Shown here in pieces: positions 1 through 10,769 of a stretch of 64,000 nucleotides of DNA (its first letter is position 1; every line of letters starts with the position of its first letter). The stretch is from Burkholderiales bacterium (GTDB taxonomy: Bacteria > Pseudomonadota > Gammaproteobacteria > Burkholderiales > SG8-41), in assembly GCA_019751125.1 (NCBI GenBank), contig JAIENU010000037.1:17586-81585 (forward strand), given 5' to 3'. A program made the position numbers and the translations under genes. A model generated the notes under the pieces. It was not told the origin of the DNA, made no database searches, and saw only the letters and a list, made by a program, of their open reading frames with translations.

Positions 1-582
1 GTCTTTGTGCTGCGCGAGGCCTGCCTGCAGATGAGCGAATGGCGTCGGCACGGCCTGCTGGATGTGTCGGTGGCAGTCAATGTTTCGGCGGTGCAGTTCC
101 GGCAGGCCGATCTGGTGGAGCGGTTGCAGCGGATTATCGCGGAGACTGGTTTGCCCCCACGATTACTCGAGCTGGAGGTCACTGAAAGCGTGGTCATGGA
201 AAACGTTGATTCGGTGCTTGAAAAATTTTCCGGCATTCACGCATTGGGTATTAGCCTTGCGCTGGATGATTTCGGTACTGGCTATTCTAGTCTGTCCTAT
301 CTGCGGCGCATCCCGGCGCAAAAACTGAAGATTGATCAATCCTTTGTCCGCGACCTGCCGGCCAATGCGGACGCTGCTGCCATTGCGCGCACCATCGTCG
401 GCATGGCGCATGCGTTAGAGCTGCATGTGCTGGCCGAGGGGGTGGAGCGTCAGGATCAGGCCGATTTTCTGCGCGGCATTGGTTGTGGTCGGGGGCAGGG
501 CTATCTGTTTGCGCGGCCCATGGACGTCGTGGCATTCGAGCGCTGGCTGGTCGAACGCAATGCGAAGGAGGCTTCCATTTGA
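1..582 (+). CDS. EAL-domain c-di-GMP phosphodiesterase, C-terminal fragment (5' end lies outside the window)
   Basis: Reading frame is open from nt 1. EAL-domain motifs are present: ELEVTES, DDFGTGYSSLSYL, KIDQSFV, AEGVE..Q. Confidence 0.85.
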   Translation, partial: VFVLREACLQMSEWRRHGLLDVSVAVNVSAVQFRQADLVERLQRIIAETGLPPRLLELEVTESVVMENVDSVLEKFSGIHALGISLALDDFGTGYSSLSYLRRIPAQKLKIDQSFVRDLPANADAAAIARTIVGMAHALELHVLAEGVERQDQADFLRGIGCGRGQGYLFARPMDVVAFERWLVERNAKEASI

Positions 583-3167
583 ACGGTCGAATATCGCGGT
601 TTTTTTGCTGGTGTCTGTTGTCCGGCGTGCTGTCGGCTGACATCGCCGGAGCCGCCGATGCGGTTGAATTGCGCGTGGGTGTTTATGCCAATGAGCCCAA
701 AATCCTGCTCGACGATAGTGGCCGCCCATCAGGAATTTTTGGTGACCTGCTGCTGGAAATCGCACGCCGTGAAGGCTGGCTTATCAAGGCAGTACCTTGT
801 GAATGGCAAGTCTGCCTGGATGCCCTGCGCGAAGGTCGCATCGATCTGATGCCCGATGTCGCGCTCAGCGGTGAGCGGGAGGCGGTGTTTGATTTTCACC
901 AGGTGCCGGTGTTGCATAGCTGGTCGCAGATCTACAGCCATCCTGGCGAAAACATTTCGTCGATGCTGCAACTCCAAGGCAAGCGCATTGCGGTGCTGGA
1001 GGGCTCCGTGCAGGAGGATTTTTTGCGGCGCCTGCTTCGCGAGTTTGGTGTCCGTGCGGTGCTGGTGCCGGTGCGCAGCCTGCTCGAAGGTTTTGCGATG
1101 GCCGCCGATCATCGGGTTGCCGCCGTGGTGGCGAATCATCGCTTCGGCGACCTTCATTCGCCTGATTACCGCTTGGTGGAAACGCCGGTGATGTTCCAGC
1201 CATCACGGCTGTACTTCGCTACCGGAAATGGGCGCGGCGCCGAATGGCTTGCAGCGATTGACCGCCACATGCAGGTTTGGCAGGCTGTTCCGAATTCGAT
1301 TTATTTCGAGGTGCTCAAGCGCTGGGGGGCACCGCAGCCGGCAACGCGGGTGCCTGCGGCTCTGTGGTGGGCACTTGCTGGCATGGTGGGTTTGTTGTTG
1401 CTGGTGCTGGCAATCACCGTGTTGCTGCGACGACAGATCGGGGTGCGGACACGGGAATTGAAGTCCAGCGAAGAGCGACTGGAGACCATTCTCAACAGTG
1501 TTGATGCCTACATTTACATCAAGGATTTGCAGTTGCGTTATCAGTACGCCAATCGCAAGGTCTGCGACCTCTTCGGTGCGCCGCCCGAGTTTGTAGTGGG
1601 GCGGGGTGACGAGGATTTTTTCGACGCGAAAACCGTGGAGAAACTGCGCATCAACGATGAGCGGGTGATCGCGGGCGGAGAGCGGGTTGTGGAGGAGGAG
1701 GTTAATCGCAGTCGTGATGGCCGTGTTACGCACACCTATCTCTCGGTCAAACTACCTTTGCGCGATTCCAGCGGGAAAATCCATGCGCTGTGCGGCATCT
1801 CGACCGATATCACCGAGCAGCGCAGGTTGGCCGAGGAGATTCACCAGTTGTCTTTCTACGACCCGCTGACACATCTGCCCAACCGGCGGCAATTCCTTGA
1901 GCGTCTGGCCGAGATTCTGGGGCACGGCGATCCGGAATCCGAATCGGAGGGTGGAGGCAGGTACGGTCCAAGGCCTGGTGCGCTGCTGTTGGTAAATCTT
2001 GATCATTTCCGGATGGTCAATGAGACCCTGGGGCATGACAAGGGCGACCTGCTGCTCCAGGACATGGCGCGCAGGTTGCTGCAACACGTCGGGCCCGAGG
2101 ATTTTCTGGGTCGTCTCAACGCCGACGAGTTCGGCATGTTGCTGAATGTTGCTACGGTCGACCAGTCACGCTGCGCGCAGGAGGTGGAGCGGCGCGCCCG
2201 CCATATTCTTTCGGACATTGAGCAGCCATATTATTTTGGCGAGCAGCAACATCTCGGTACGGCGAGCATCGGTATTGCCCTGTTCCCGGCTTCCGAAGGG
2301 CTGACCGAGGACATCCTGAAGCATGCAGAGCTGGCGCGTGACCGTGCAAAAGTCGATGGCCGCAATACCATTCGATTTTATGATCCGCAGATGCAGTCGC
2401 GGATGCAGGCACGTGCTGAACTGGATGCTGACATGCGGTTGGCGTTGCGAGAGGGGCAATTCCTGCTGCATTACCAGCCGATGGCAGATCTCGACGGTCG
2501 CTTCGTTGGCAGCGAGGCACTGGTGCGCTGGCGGCATCCTTTGCGTGGTGTTGAATCGCCAGCGCATTTTATCCCGCTTGCCGAAGAGAGCGGACTGATC
2601 CTGCCGTTGGGTCGCTGGATTCTCGAGGAGTCCTGCCGGCAACTGGTGGCCTGGGAGCGCGATCCGGAAACTGCGGGGCGCTTTATTGCGATCAATGTCA
2701 GCGCCTTCCAGTTCCGTCACCCGGATTTTGTCGATCAGGTTCTGGCTGCGCTGGAGCAGACCGGCGCCAATCCTGCCTTGCTGGAGTTGGAGCTGACAGA
2801 GAGTCAGCTTATCGACAATCTTGATGAGGTTCGGGGAAAAATGACCCTGTTGAAGCAGCGCGGCGTTTGCTTCTCGCTTGATGATTTTGGAACCGGCTAC
2901 TCCTCCCTGCTGTCACTGATGCGTTTGCCGCTGGATAAGCTGAAGATCGATCAGTCCTTCATTCAGGGGCTGCCGGAAAACGCGGAGAGTGTGGCGATCG
3001 TCAGGGCCGTGGTTGGTCTTGGTGAGAGCCTGGGCATACGTGTAATAGCAGAGGGCGTGGAAACAGAAGCGCAACGCAAGGCGCTGATCGAGCTTGGCTG
3101 CAATTATTTTCAGGGTTATCTGATTGGCCGTCCGCAGCCGGCCACGTCACGCACCGGTACCTGTTGA
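579..3167 (+). CDS. Multidomain signalling protein: periplasmic solute-binding-like domain, TM, PAS, GGDEF (degenerate) and EAL
   Basis: Long ORF. TTG at 579 precedes a signal-like N-terminus (ISRFFCWCLLSGVLSADIAGA). A TM segment follows (WWALAGMVGLLLLVLAITVLL), then a PAS-like segment. The GGDEF domain reads RLNADEFGML in place of GGDEF. The EAL domain has SEALVRW, DDFGTGYSSL and KIDQSF. The start codon is uncertain. Confidence 0.85.
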   Translation: MNGRISRFFCWCLLSGVLSADIAGAADAVELRVGVYANEPKILLDDSGRPSGIFGDLLLEIARREGWLIKAVPCEWQVCLDALREGRIDLMPDVALSGEREAVFDFHQVPVLHSWSQIYSHPGENISSMLQLQGKRIAVLEGSVQEDFLRRLLREFGVRAVLVPVRSLLEGFAMAADHRVAAVVANHRFGDLHSPDYRLVETPVMFQPSRLYFATGNGRGAEWLAAIDRHMQVWQAVPNSIYFEVLKRWGAPQPATRVPAALWWALAGMVGLLLLVLAITVLLRRQIGVRTRELKSSEERLETILNSVDAYIYIKDLQLRYQYANRKVCDLFGAPPEFVVGRGDEDFFDAKTVEKLRINDERVIAGGERVVEEEVNRSRDGRVTHTYLSVKLPLRDSSGKIHALCGISTDITEQRRLAEEIHQLSFYDPLTHLPNRRQFLERLAEILGHGDPESESEGGGRYGPRPGALLLVNLDHFRMVNETLGHDKGDLLLQDMARRLLQHVGPEDFLGRLNADEFGMLLNVATVDQSRCAQEVERRARHILSDIEQPYYFGEQQHLGTASIGIALFPASEGLTEDILKHAELARDRAKVDGRNTIRFYDPQMQSRMQARAELDADMRLALREGQFLLHYQPMADLDGRFVGSEALVRWRHPLRGVESPAHFIPLAEESGLILPLGRWILEESCRQLVAWERDPETAGRFIAINVSAFQFRHPDFVDQVLAALEQTGANPALLELELTESQLIDNLDEVRGKMTLLKQRGVCFSLDDFGTGYSSLLSLMRLPLDKLKIDQSFIQGLPENAESVAIVRAVVGLGESLGIRVIAEGVETEAQRKALIELGCNYFQGYLIGRPQPATSRTGTC

Positions 3168-3847
3168 TGTACCCGATGGAGCGGCTTTCGGTCTTTCTGC
3201 TGGTGTTGGTCATGGCCGCCTGCACGCCGCAGCAGATGCTGCTCTCGGCGCTGGTGCCCGACGGCACGGCGTCGATGCTGCTCGGCAACCTGCAGGGCAT
3301 CGCCGATGCCAATCGCCAGCGCATCGCTGAACTGGAACAGCGCGGCGACTGGCCGGGGCTGGCCGCCTTCGCTGAACAGAACATCAGCCGTGATCCTTTC
3401 AGCGCCGAGTGGCGGCTGGTCGCCGGTTATGCCTGGTCGCAGGCGCGTGAATTCGGCCGCGCGGCTGCGCAGTTTGCCGAGATGGTGCGCATCGCGCCGG
3501 ACGAGGTGCTGGCTTATCACCTGCTGGCCGAGGCGCAGCGCGAATCAGGGCAGCCGGAGCGCGCAGTGGTGACGCTGGAGCGTGCATTGCAGATCGATCG
3601 CGAGCCGGCGCAGACACTGCGTCTGCTGGGTGATGCCGAAGCAGCGCGCGGCCGGCATGCCGCCGCGATGGAGGCCTATCGCCGGGGTTTGTCCACCCAG
3701 GCCAATATGGCGCCGGCGTGGTTCGGGCTGGGGCGCTCGGCGTTGCGGCTGGGGCGCGAGCGTGATGCCGCGGAGGCGCTGGCCAATCTGCAGCGGCTGC
3801 AGGCGCCGCAGGCGGCGGAACTGCAGAAACTGATGACCAGGCCCTGA
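3167..3847 (+). CDS. TPR-repeat lipoprotein
   Basis: Signal peptide with lipobox (LLVLVMAAC). Ala/Leu/Arg-rich repeats resemble TPR units (AYHLLAEAQRESGQPERAVVTLERALQIDRE, LRLLGDAEAARGRHAAAMEAYRRGL). The start overlaps the stop of the upstream gene. Confidence 0.6.
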   Translation: MYPMERLSVFLLVLVMAACTPQQMLLSALVPDGTASMLLGNLQGIADANRQRIAELEQRGDWPGLAAFAEQNISRDPFSAEWRLVAGYAWSQAREFGRAAAQFAEMVRIAPDEVLAYHLLAEAQRESGQPERAVVTLERALQIDREPAQTLRLLGDAEAARGRHAAAMEAYRRGLSTQANMAPAWFGLGRSALRLGRERDAAEALANLQRLQAPQAAELQKLMTRP

Positions 3848-3863
3848 AGTCGGGCCCTGCAGA

Positions 3864-4679
3864 TCAGGCTTTGAGCGCCGGTGTCAGGTGCGGCGCAATC
3901 AGCGGCAGCAGTTGCGCGAACACCTTCGGATTGCCGGCGACGATGTTGCCGGACTCGAGATAACCCTCGTTGCCCTGCAGGTCGCCGACCAGGCCACCGG
4001 CTTCGGTGATCAGCAGCGCGCCCGCGGCAATGTCCCATTTGCTCAGGCCGATTTCCCAGAAACCGTCGAGGCGTCCGGCGGCGACATAGGCGAGGTCGAG
4101 CGAGGCCGAACCGGGCCGGCGCAGGCCGGCGCTGTTCTTGATGATGTCGCGCATCATGCCGAGGTACTGCTCGAGGTGCGCAAGCTCGCGGTACGGGAAG
4201 CCGGTGCCGATCAGCGCCGACTGGATGTGCGGCCGCTTGCTGACGCGCAGCCGCGATTCATTGAGGAAGGCGCCGCGGCCCTTGGTCGCGGTGAAGAGGT
4301 CGTTGCGGCCCGGGTCATAGACCACGGCCTGGGTGATCACGCCTTTCTGTGCCAGCGCGATCGACACCGCGTACTGTGGAAAGCCGTGCAGGAAATTGGT
4401 GGTGCCGTCGAGCGGATCGATGATCCACTGGTATTCGGGGTGGCCGGAGCCCGTTGATCCGCCGGAAGCGCCGGACTCCTCTGCTAAAATCGCGTGCGCC
4501 GGATAGGCCTCGCGCAGCGTGCGGATGATGGCCTGCTCGGCCTCGCGGTCGACTTCGGACACAAAATCGTTGGCCGCTTTTTCCTTCACCGCGATGACAT
4601 CGACGTTGCGGCTGGCGCGGTTGATGATGCCGCCGGCGCGGCGCGCGGCTTTGACCGCGATGTTGAGCATGGGATGCAT
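3864..4679 (-). CDS. suhB: Inositol monophosphatase family protein SuhB
   Basis: 271 aa. IMPase motifs are present: [25 protein letters not shown], and [23 protein letters not shown]. It lies divergent from trmJ, as in the E. coli suhB/trmJ-iscR neighbourhood. Confidence 0.9.
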   Translation of the reverse strand: MHPMLNIAVKAARRAGGIINRASRNVDVIAVKEKAANDFVSEVDREAEQAIIRTLREAYPAHAILAEESGASGGSTGSGHPEYQWIIDPLDGTTNFLHGFPQYAVSIALAQKGVITQAVVYDPGRNDLFTATKGRGAFLNESRLRVSKRPHIQSALIGTGFPYRELAHLEQYLGMMRDIIKNSAGLRRPGSASLDLAYVAAGRLDGFWEIGLSKWDIAAGALLITEAGGLVGDLQGNEGYLESGNIVAGNPKVFAQLLPLIAPHLTPALKA

Positions 4680-4755
4680 GATGGGCTGCGGCCTGATTCG
4701 AGAAGGTCTCTGTGGAAAAAGTCGGCGTGATCAATAAAGAGCGGGGCGGCACCGC

Positions 4756-5535
4756 ATGCTGCGAAGCCGCGAACGGGCGGTATTTTACGTGAACACGCCG
4801 GAAGCCCTCAAAAATATTCGCGTGGTGCTTTGCTCCACCGCGCATCCCGGCAACATCGGTTCGGCCGCGCGCGCGATGCGCACGATGGGCATCACCGACC
4901 TAGCGCTGGTCAATCCGCAGCGTTATCCCGATCCGCAGACGCAGTGGTTCGCCGCGGGCGCGGTGGATGTGCTGGAGTCGGCGCGGGTCTGCGCCTCACT
5001 GGATGAAGCGCTTGAAGGTGTGTCTTTTGCCGTGGCCTGCAGCGCCCGGCGGCGCGATATCGCGGTGCCGCTCACCGATGTCCGTTCGTCCGCACTGGAA
5101 GCAGTGGCCCAGGCGCAGCAGCAGCGCGTGGCTTTTGTGTTCGGCAACGAAACCTCGGGCCTGAGCAATGACGAGGTCAACCGTTGCCACCTGCTGGCGA
5201 CTATCCCGGTGGATCCGTCGTTTTCATCGCTCAATGTTGCCGCTGCGGTGCAGGTGTTCTGTTACGAGCTGCGCATGGCCTGTGGCGCGACGTTGCCGGA
5301 AGAACGCCCGCCACTGCTTGCGGCGATCAATGACGTTGAAGCGTTTTACCAGCATCTTGAAAGCACGCTGGTCGATACCGGCTTTCTCGATCCGAAGCAG
5401 CCGCGCAAGCTGATGCAGCGCCTGCGCCGGCTGTTCGGCCGGGTGCGGCTGCAGGTCGAGGAGGTCAACATCCTCCGCGGCATCCTCAGCAGCCTGACCC
5501 ATCCGCAGCCGCGGCGCGGTGGAGAAGATAAGTAA
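4756..5535 (+). CDS. trmJ: SpoU/TrmH-class tRNA 2'-O-methyltransferase (TrmJ-like)
   Basis: Motifs IRVVLCSTAHPGNIGSAARAMRTMG and FVFGNETSGLSNDE are present. Its position upstream of iscR fits trmJ. The exact start is uncertain. The stop TAA (5533-5535) lies inside an AT-rich repeat copy. Confidence 0.8.
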   Translation: MLRSRERAVFYVNTPEALKNIRVVLCSTAHPGNIGSAARAMRTMGITDLALVNPQRYPDPQTQWFAAGAVDVLESARVCASLDEALEGVSFAVACSARRRDIAVPLTDVRSSALEAVAQAQQQRVAFVFGNETSGLSNDEVNRCHLLATIPVDPSFSSLNVAAAVQVFCYELRMACGATLPEERPPLLAAINDVEAFYQHLESTLVDTGFLDPKQPRKLMQRLRRLFGRVRLQVEEVNILRGILSSLTHPQPRRGGEDK

Positions 5536-5566
5536 GCCATTGTTTTATAACAACTTTATTGTCAAT
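5528..5566 (+). repeat. AT-rich dispersed repeat, copy a
   Basis: ATAAGTAAGCCATTGTTTTATAACAACTTTATTGTCAAT shares the AAGCCATTGTTTT..A core with 8 other copies. It spans the trmJ stop codon. Confidence 0.7.
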
Positions 5567-5634
5567 CCCTAAAGTTGATTAAAATAGTGGGACTTGCCGC
5601 TGGTTCTGCGGCGGTTTTTGACAGCCCACAAGCC

Positions 5635-6357
5635 ATGTTCGACCGTATTCGCGAAGAAATTGCCGTTGTTTTTGAACGTGATCCCGCTGCGCGCAGCCGT
5701 TGGGAGGTGGTGACCTGTTATCCCGGCTTCCATGCGCTGATCGCGCACCGCCTGTCGCACGGGCTGTGGACTGCGGGTCTGAAGTGGCTGGCGCGCTGGG
5801 TGGCGCATGGCGCGCGCTGGCTGACCGGTATCGAGATCCATCCCGGCGCACGCATCGGCCGGCGCTTTTTCATCGACCATGGCATGGGCGTGGTGATCGG
5901 CGAGACCGCGGAGATCGGTGATGACTGCACGATCTATCACGGTGTCACGCTCGGCGGCACCACTTGGAACAAGGGCAAGCGCCACCCGACGCTGAAGGAT
6001 GGCGTGGTGATCGGCGCTGGCGCCAAGGTGCTGGGCCCGATCACCATCGGCGAGCAGGCCAAGATCGGTTCCAACGCGGTGGTGGTGAAGGATGTGCCGC
6101 CGCGTGCGACCGCGATCGGCATTCCGGCGCGGCTGGTCGAGACCCAGGAGACAGGGGGGCAGTTTGCCGCCTATGCGGTGTCGCGCGACGCCAATGATCC
6201 GGTGGCGCGGGCCATGCATGCGCTGATCGACCACAGTGCCGATACCGACAAACGCATCGACCAGATCATCGCCGAGTTGCAGCGCCTGGGCCTGAAGATC
6301 GAGGGAGCTGATACGCAGAAAATCGACGCTACCGGCCTCAACCGGATAGTTGATTGA
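5635..6357 (+). CDS. cysE: Serine O-acetyltransferase
   Basis: The N-terminus from ATG 5635 reads [21 protein letters not shown], typical of short CysE proteins. The left-handed beta-helix hexapeptide region is [38 protein letters not shown]. The track ORF begins at 5575, an upstream in-frame start that I consider less likely. Confidence 0.9.
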   Translation: MFDRIREEIAVVFERDPAARSRWEVVTCYPGFHALIAHRLSHGLWTAGLKWLARWVAHGARWLTGIEIHPGARIGRRFFIDHGMGVVIGETAEIGDDCTIYHGVTLGGTTWNKGKRHPTLKDGVVIGAGAKVLGPITIGEQAKIGSNAVVVKDVPPRATAIGIPARLVETQETGGQFAAYAVSRDANDPVARAMHALIDHSADTDKRIDQIIAELQRLGLKIEGADTQKIDATGLNRIVD

Positions 6358-6378
6358 AATCGTCGGATTTACTACAAT
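6350..6378 (+). promoter_or_regulatory. Putative sigma70 promoter of the iscR-suf operon
   Basis: TTGATT (6350-6355), a 17-nt spacer, then TACAAT (6373-6378), about 100 nt upstream of the iscR ATG. This is a sequence match only. Confidence 0.45.
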
Positions 6379-6401
6379 ATCCGACCAAGTTGCTGGGGAT
6401 T
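6377..6401 (+). promoter_or_regulatory. Putative IscR type-1 operator
   Basis: ATATCCGACCAAGTTGCTGGGGATT (25 nt) overlaps the -10 box. From memory, it resembles the E. coli iscR-promoter site ATAGTTGACCAATTTACTCGGGAAT. It matches about two thirds of the ATASYYGACTRWWWYAGTCRRSTAT consensus. Confidence 0.3.
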
Positions 6402-6430
6402 AATCCTTCGAGGCAACATCCACGAGAGTC

Positions 6431-6465
6431 TTTATAAGCCATTGTTTTTAAAGACTATTTTATAG
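6431..6465 (+). repeat. AT-rich dispersed repeat, copy b
   Basis: TTTATAAGCCATTGTTTTTAAAGACTATTTTATAG lies in the predicted 5' UTR of iscR and ends 10 nt before the ATG. Confidence 0.7.
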
Positions 6466-6474
6466 GGGTATCCA

Positions 6475-6951
6475 ATGAGACTGACGACCAAAGGCCGCTT
6501 TGCAGTAACCGCGATGGTGGATCTGGGTATGCGCCACGGCAGTGGCCCGGTGACCCTGGCCGAGATCAGCGGCCGTCAGAAAATCTCGCTGTCCTACCTC
6601 GAGCAGCTGTTCGGCAAGCTGCGCCGGCGCAACATCGTCGATTCGGTGCGTGGCCCCGGTGGCGGCTACTGCCTGGCCCGCGACATGGCGACGCTGACCG
6701 TGTCCGAAATCATTCTCGCGGTCGATGAGCCGATCGATGCGACCCAGTGCGGCGGCAAGGAAAACTGCAAGGACGAGGAGAAGTGCCTGACCCATGACCT
6801 GTGGGCCAACCTCAACCAGCGCATTTTTGATTATCTCGGTTCGGTCACGCTGCGCCAGCTGGTGGAAAACCAGCGCGCCAAGGAAGCCGGCATTGCGCCG
6901 GTGCACGACATGCGCCAGGTGGCGCGCCGGCCGAGTGCAATTCCGGTCTGA
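6475..6951 (+). CDS. iscR: Rrf2-family Fe-S cluster regulator IscR
   Basis: N-terminal wHTH region: MRLTTKGRFAVTAMVDL. The cluster-ligand signature C-x5-C-x5-C-x2-H is present in QCGGKENCKDEEKCLTHD. Confidence 0.9.
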   Translation: MRLTTKGRFAVTAMVDLGMRHGSGPVTLAEISGRQKISLSYLEQLFGKLRRRNIVDSVRGPGGGYCLARDMATLTVSEIILAVDEPIDATQCGGKENCKDEEKCLTHDLWANLNQRIFDYLGSVTLRQLVENQRAKEAGIAPVHDMRQVARRPSAIPV

Positions 6952-6976
6952 TCACCGGGTCCTGCGCAGATAAGCG

Positions 6977-8137
6977 ATGAACGCGCATCACAAGCCGGTC
7001 TATTTCGACCACAACGCCACCACGCCGCTCGATCCGCGCGTGCTGGAAGCGATGTTGCCCTTCCTGCGCGAGCAGTGCGGAAATGCATCGAGCCGCCACG
7101 AGCTGGGCACGGTGGCGCGGCATGCCATCGACCGCGCGCGCGAGCAGGTGGCGGCGGCGGTCGGCGTGCAGCCGGTGCAGGTGGTGTTCACCAGCGGTGG
7201 TACCGAAGCCAACAACCTGTTCATCCGCGGCACGGCCGCCGGCATGAAGCCGGGACAGATTGCGCTGAGCGCGATCGAGCATCCCTGCGTGGTCGGCCCG
7301 GCCCAGGATCTGCAGCGCCAGGGCTGGACGCTGCGCCGTCTGAAAGTGAATCGTGACGGCGTGCTCGATGCCGCCGACATCGACGCCGCAATTGCCGGCA
7401 GGCCGCAGCTGTGGTCGGCGATGCTCGCCAACAATGAAACCGGCGTGGTGCAGGACATCCCCGCCATTGCCGAGCGCGCACGCAGTGCCGGTGCGGTGGT
7501 GCATAGCGATGCGGTGCAGGCGCTGGGCAAGATTGCAGTCGATTTCCGCGCGCTCAATGTGCAGGCGCTGACCGTGTCGGCGCACAAGATCTGCGGCCCC
7601 AAGGGCGCCGGTGCGCTGGTCATCGACAAACGTCTCGATCTGCGCGCGCTGCTCGCCGGCGGCGGCCAGGAGCGTGGTTTGCGCGGCGGCACCGAGAATG
7701 TGCCGGCGATCGTCGGTTTTGGCGCAGCCTGTGACATTGCGATGGCGCAGCTGGGTGAGCGTTCGAAACGCATTGGCGCGCTGCGAGAGCGTCTTGAACG
7801 CGGCTTGCACGGCCAGCGCGCGGTGATTTTTGGCGAGGCTGCCCCGCAGCGCCTGCCCAATACCACGTATTTCGCGCTGCACGGCATACACGGTGAGGCG
7901 CTGGTGATCGAGCTCGACAAGGCGGGTTATGCCACCGGTTCCGGCGCGGCCTGCTCCAGTTCCAGCGATGCGCCGTCATCGACGCTGCTGGCAATGGGCA
8001 TTGAGCCCGAACTGGCGCGTGGCGCAGTACGCATCTCGCTGGGCGAAGGCAACAACGCGGAGCAGGTTGACGGTTTTCTGCAGGCGCTCGCCGCGGTGGC
8101 GAAGCGCCTGCGCGGTTTGCAGGCAGTGGCGGTCTGA
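6977..8137 (+). CDS. Class V aminotransferase-fold cysteine desulfurase, NifS/IscS-like (group I)
   Basis: 386 aa. Motifs: FDHNATTP, TSGGTEANN, PLP-lysine motif SAHKICGPKG, and catalytic-loop Cys in GSGAACSS. Confidence 0.85.
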   Translation: MNAHHKPVYFDHNATTPLDPRVLEAMLPFLREQCGNASSRHELGTVARHAIDRAREQVAAAVGVQPVQVVFTSGGTEANNLFIRGTAAGMKPGQIALSAIEHPCVVGPAQDLQRQGWTLRRLKVNRDGVLDAADIDAAIAGRPQLWSAMLANNETGVVQDIPAIAERARSAGAVVHSDAVQALGKIAVDFRALNVQALTVSAHKICGPKGAGALVIDKRLDLRALLAGGGQERGLRGGTENVPAIVGFGAACDIAMAQLGERSKRIGALRERLERGLHGQRAVIFGEAAPQRLPNTTYFALHGIHGEALVIELDKAGYATGSGAACSSSSDAPSSTLLAMGIEPELARGAVRISLGEGNNAEQVDGFLQALAAVAKRLRGLQAVAV

Positions 8138-8159
8138 CTGCCAGGTATTGAAGGAGCGA

Positions 8160-8498
8160 ATGATGGCCATACAACTGACTGAAAGTGCAGCAAGGCAAAT
8201 CAAGGCGCAACTCGCCAAACGCGGCAAAGGTCTTGGCCTGCGCGTCGGCGTCAAGAAAACCGGCTGCTCGGGCTGGGCCTACACCTATGACTACGCCGAT
8301 GACGTGAAGGCGGTGGATCAGGTGTTTGAATCGCATGAGGCGAAGCTGGTGGTTGATGGTGAGAGCCTGGAATTCATGGACGGCTCGACCATCGATTACG
8401 TGCGCGAAGGCCTGAAGCAGGCGTTCAAGGTGGAGAACCCCAAGGTCGATGCCACCTGCGGCTGTGGCGAAAGTTTCACGGTCAAGGCCGGCAGCTGA
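8160..8498 (+). CDS. sufA: A-type Fe-S cluster carrier (IscA/SufA/ErpA family)
   Basis: AAGGAG RBS lies upstream. The HesB-like sequence has GCSG and a C-terminal CGCGESF motif. It sits immediately upstream of sufB. Confidence 0.8.
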   Translation: MMAIQLTESAARQIKAQLAKRGKGLGLRVGVKKTGCSGWAYTYDYADDVKAVDQVFESHEAKLVVDGESLEFMDGSTIDYVREGLKQAFKVENPKVDATCGCGESFTVKAGS

Positions 8499-8544
8499 GC
8501 AGCGCCAAACCCGGGCCCCCAACGGACACCCCCATGAGCACCTC

Positions 8545-10765
<2,221 letters not shown>

Positions 10766-10769
<4 letters not shown>

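Noticed and set aside
483-578. Upstream extensions of track ORFs. Affected ORFs: 483-, 5575-, 7929-, 8449-, 11869-, 20244-, 24324-, 26162-, 54559-, and the minus-strand extensions to 18674, 33620, 33994, 52944, 58441, 60194 and 63270.
   Set aside because: The extensions overlap neighbouring genes or are Arg/Pro-rich junk. Conserved N-termini, signal peptides, RBS-like sequences or start/stop overlaps point to the internal starts used in the feature list.
6845-7891. Long ORFs antisense to well-supported genes. Examples: 6845-7891(-) opposite the NifS-like gene; 10718-12130(-) opposite sufD; 17616-18554(+) opposite tctC; 30868-32292(-) opposite prfC; 35441-36688(-); 38531-40315(+) opposite mfd; 46351-47676(-); 47223-48506(-); 52902-53975(+) opposite the ABC-F gene; 57841-59262(+) opposite the BT1 permease.
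   Set aside because: Their products are Arg/Ala/Gly/His-rich and low-complexity with no recognisable motifs. The opposite strand carries clear conserved-domain proteins. Such stop-free antisense frames are expected in ~65% GC DNA.
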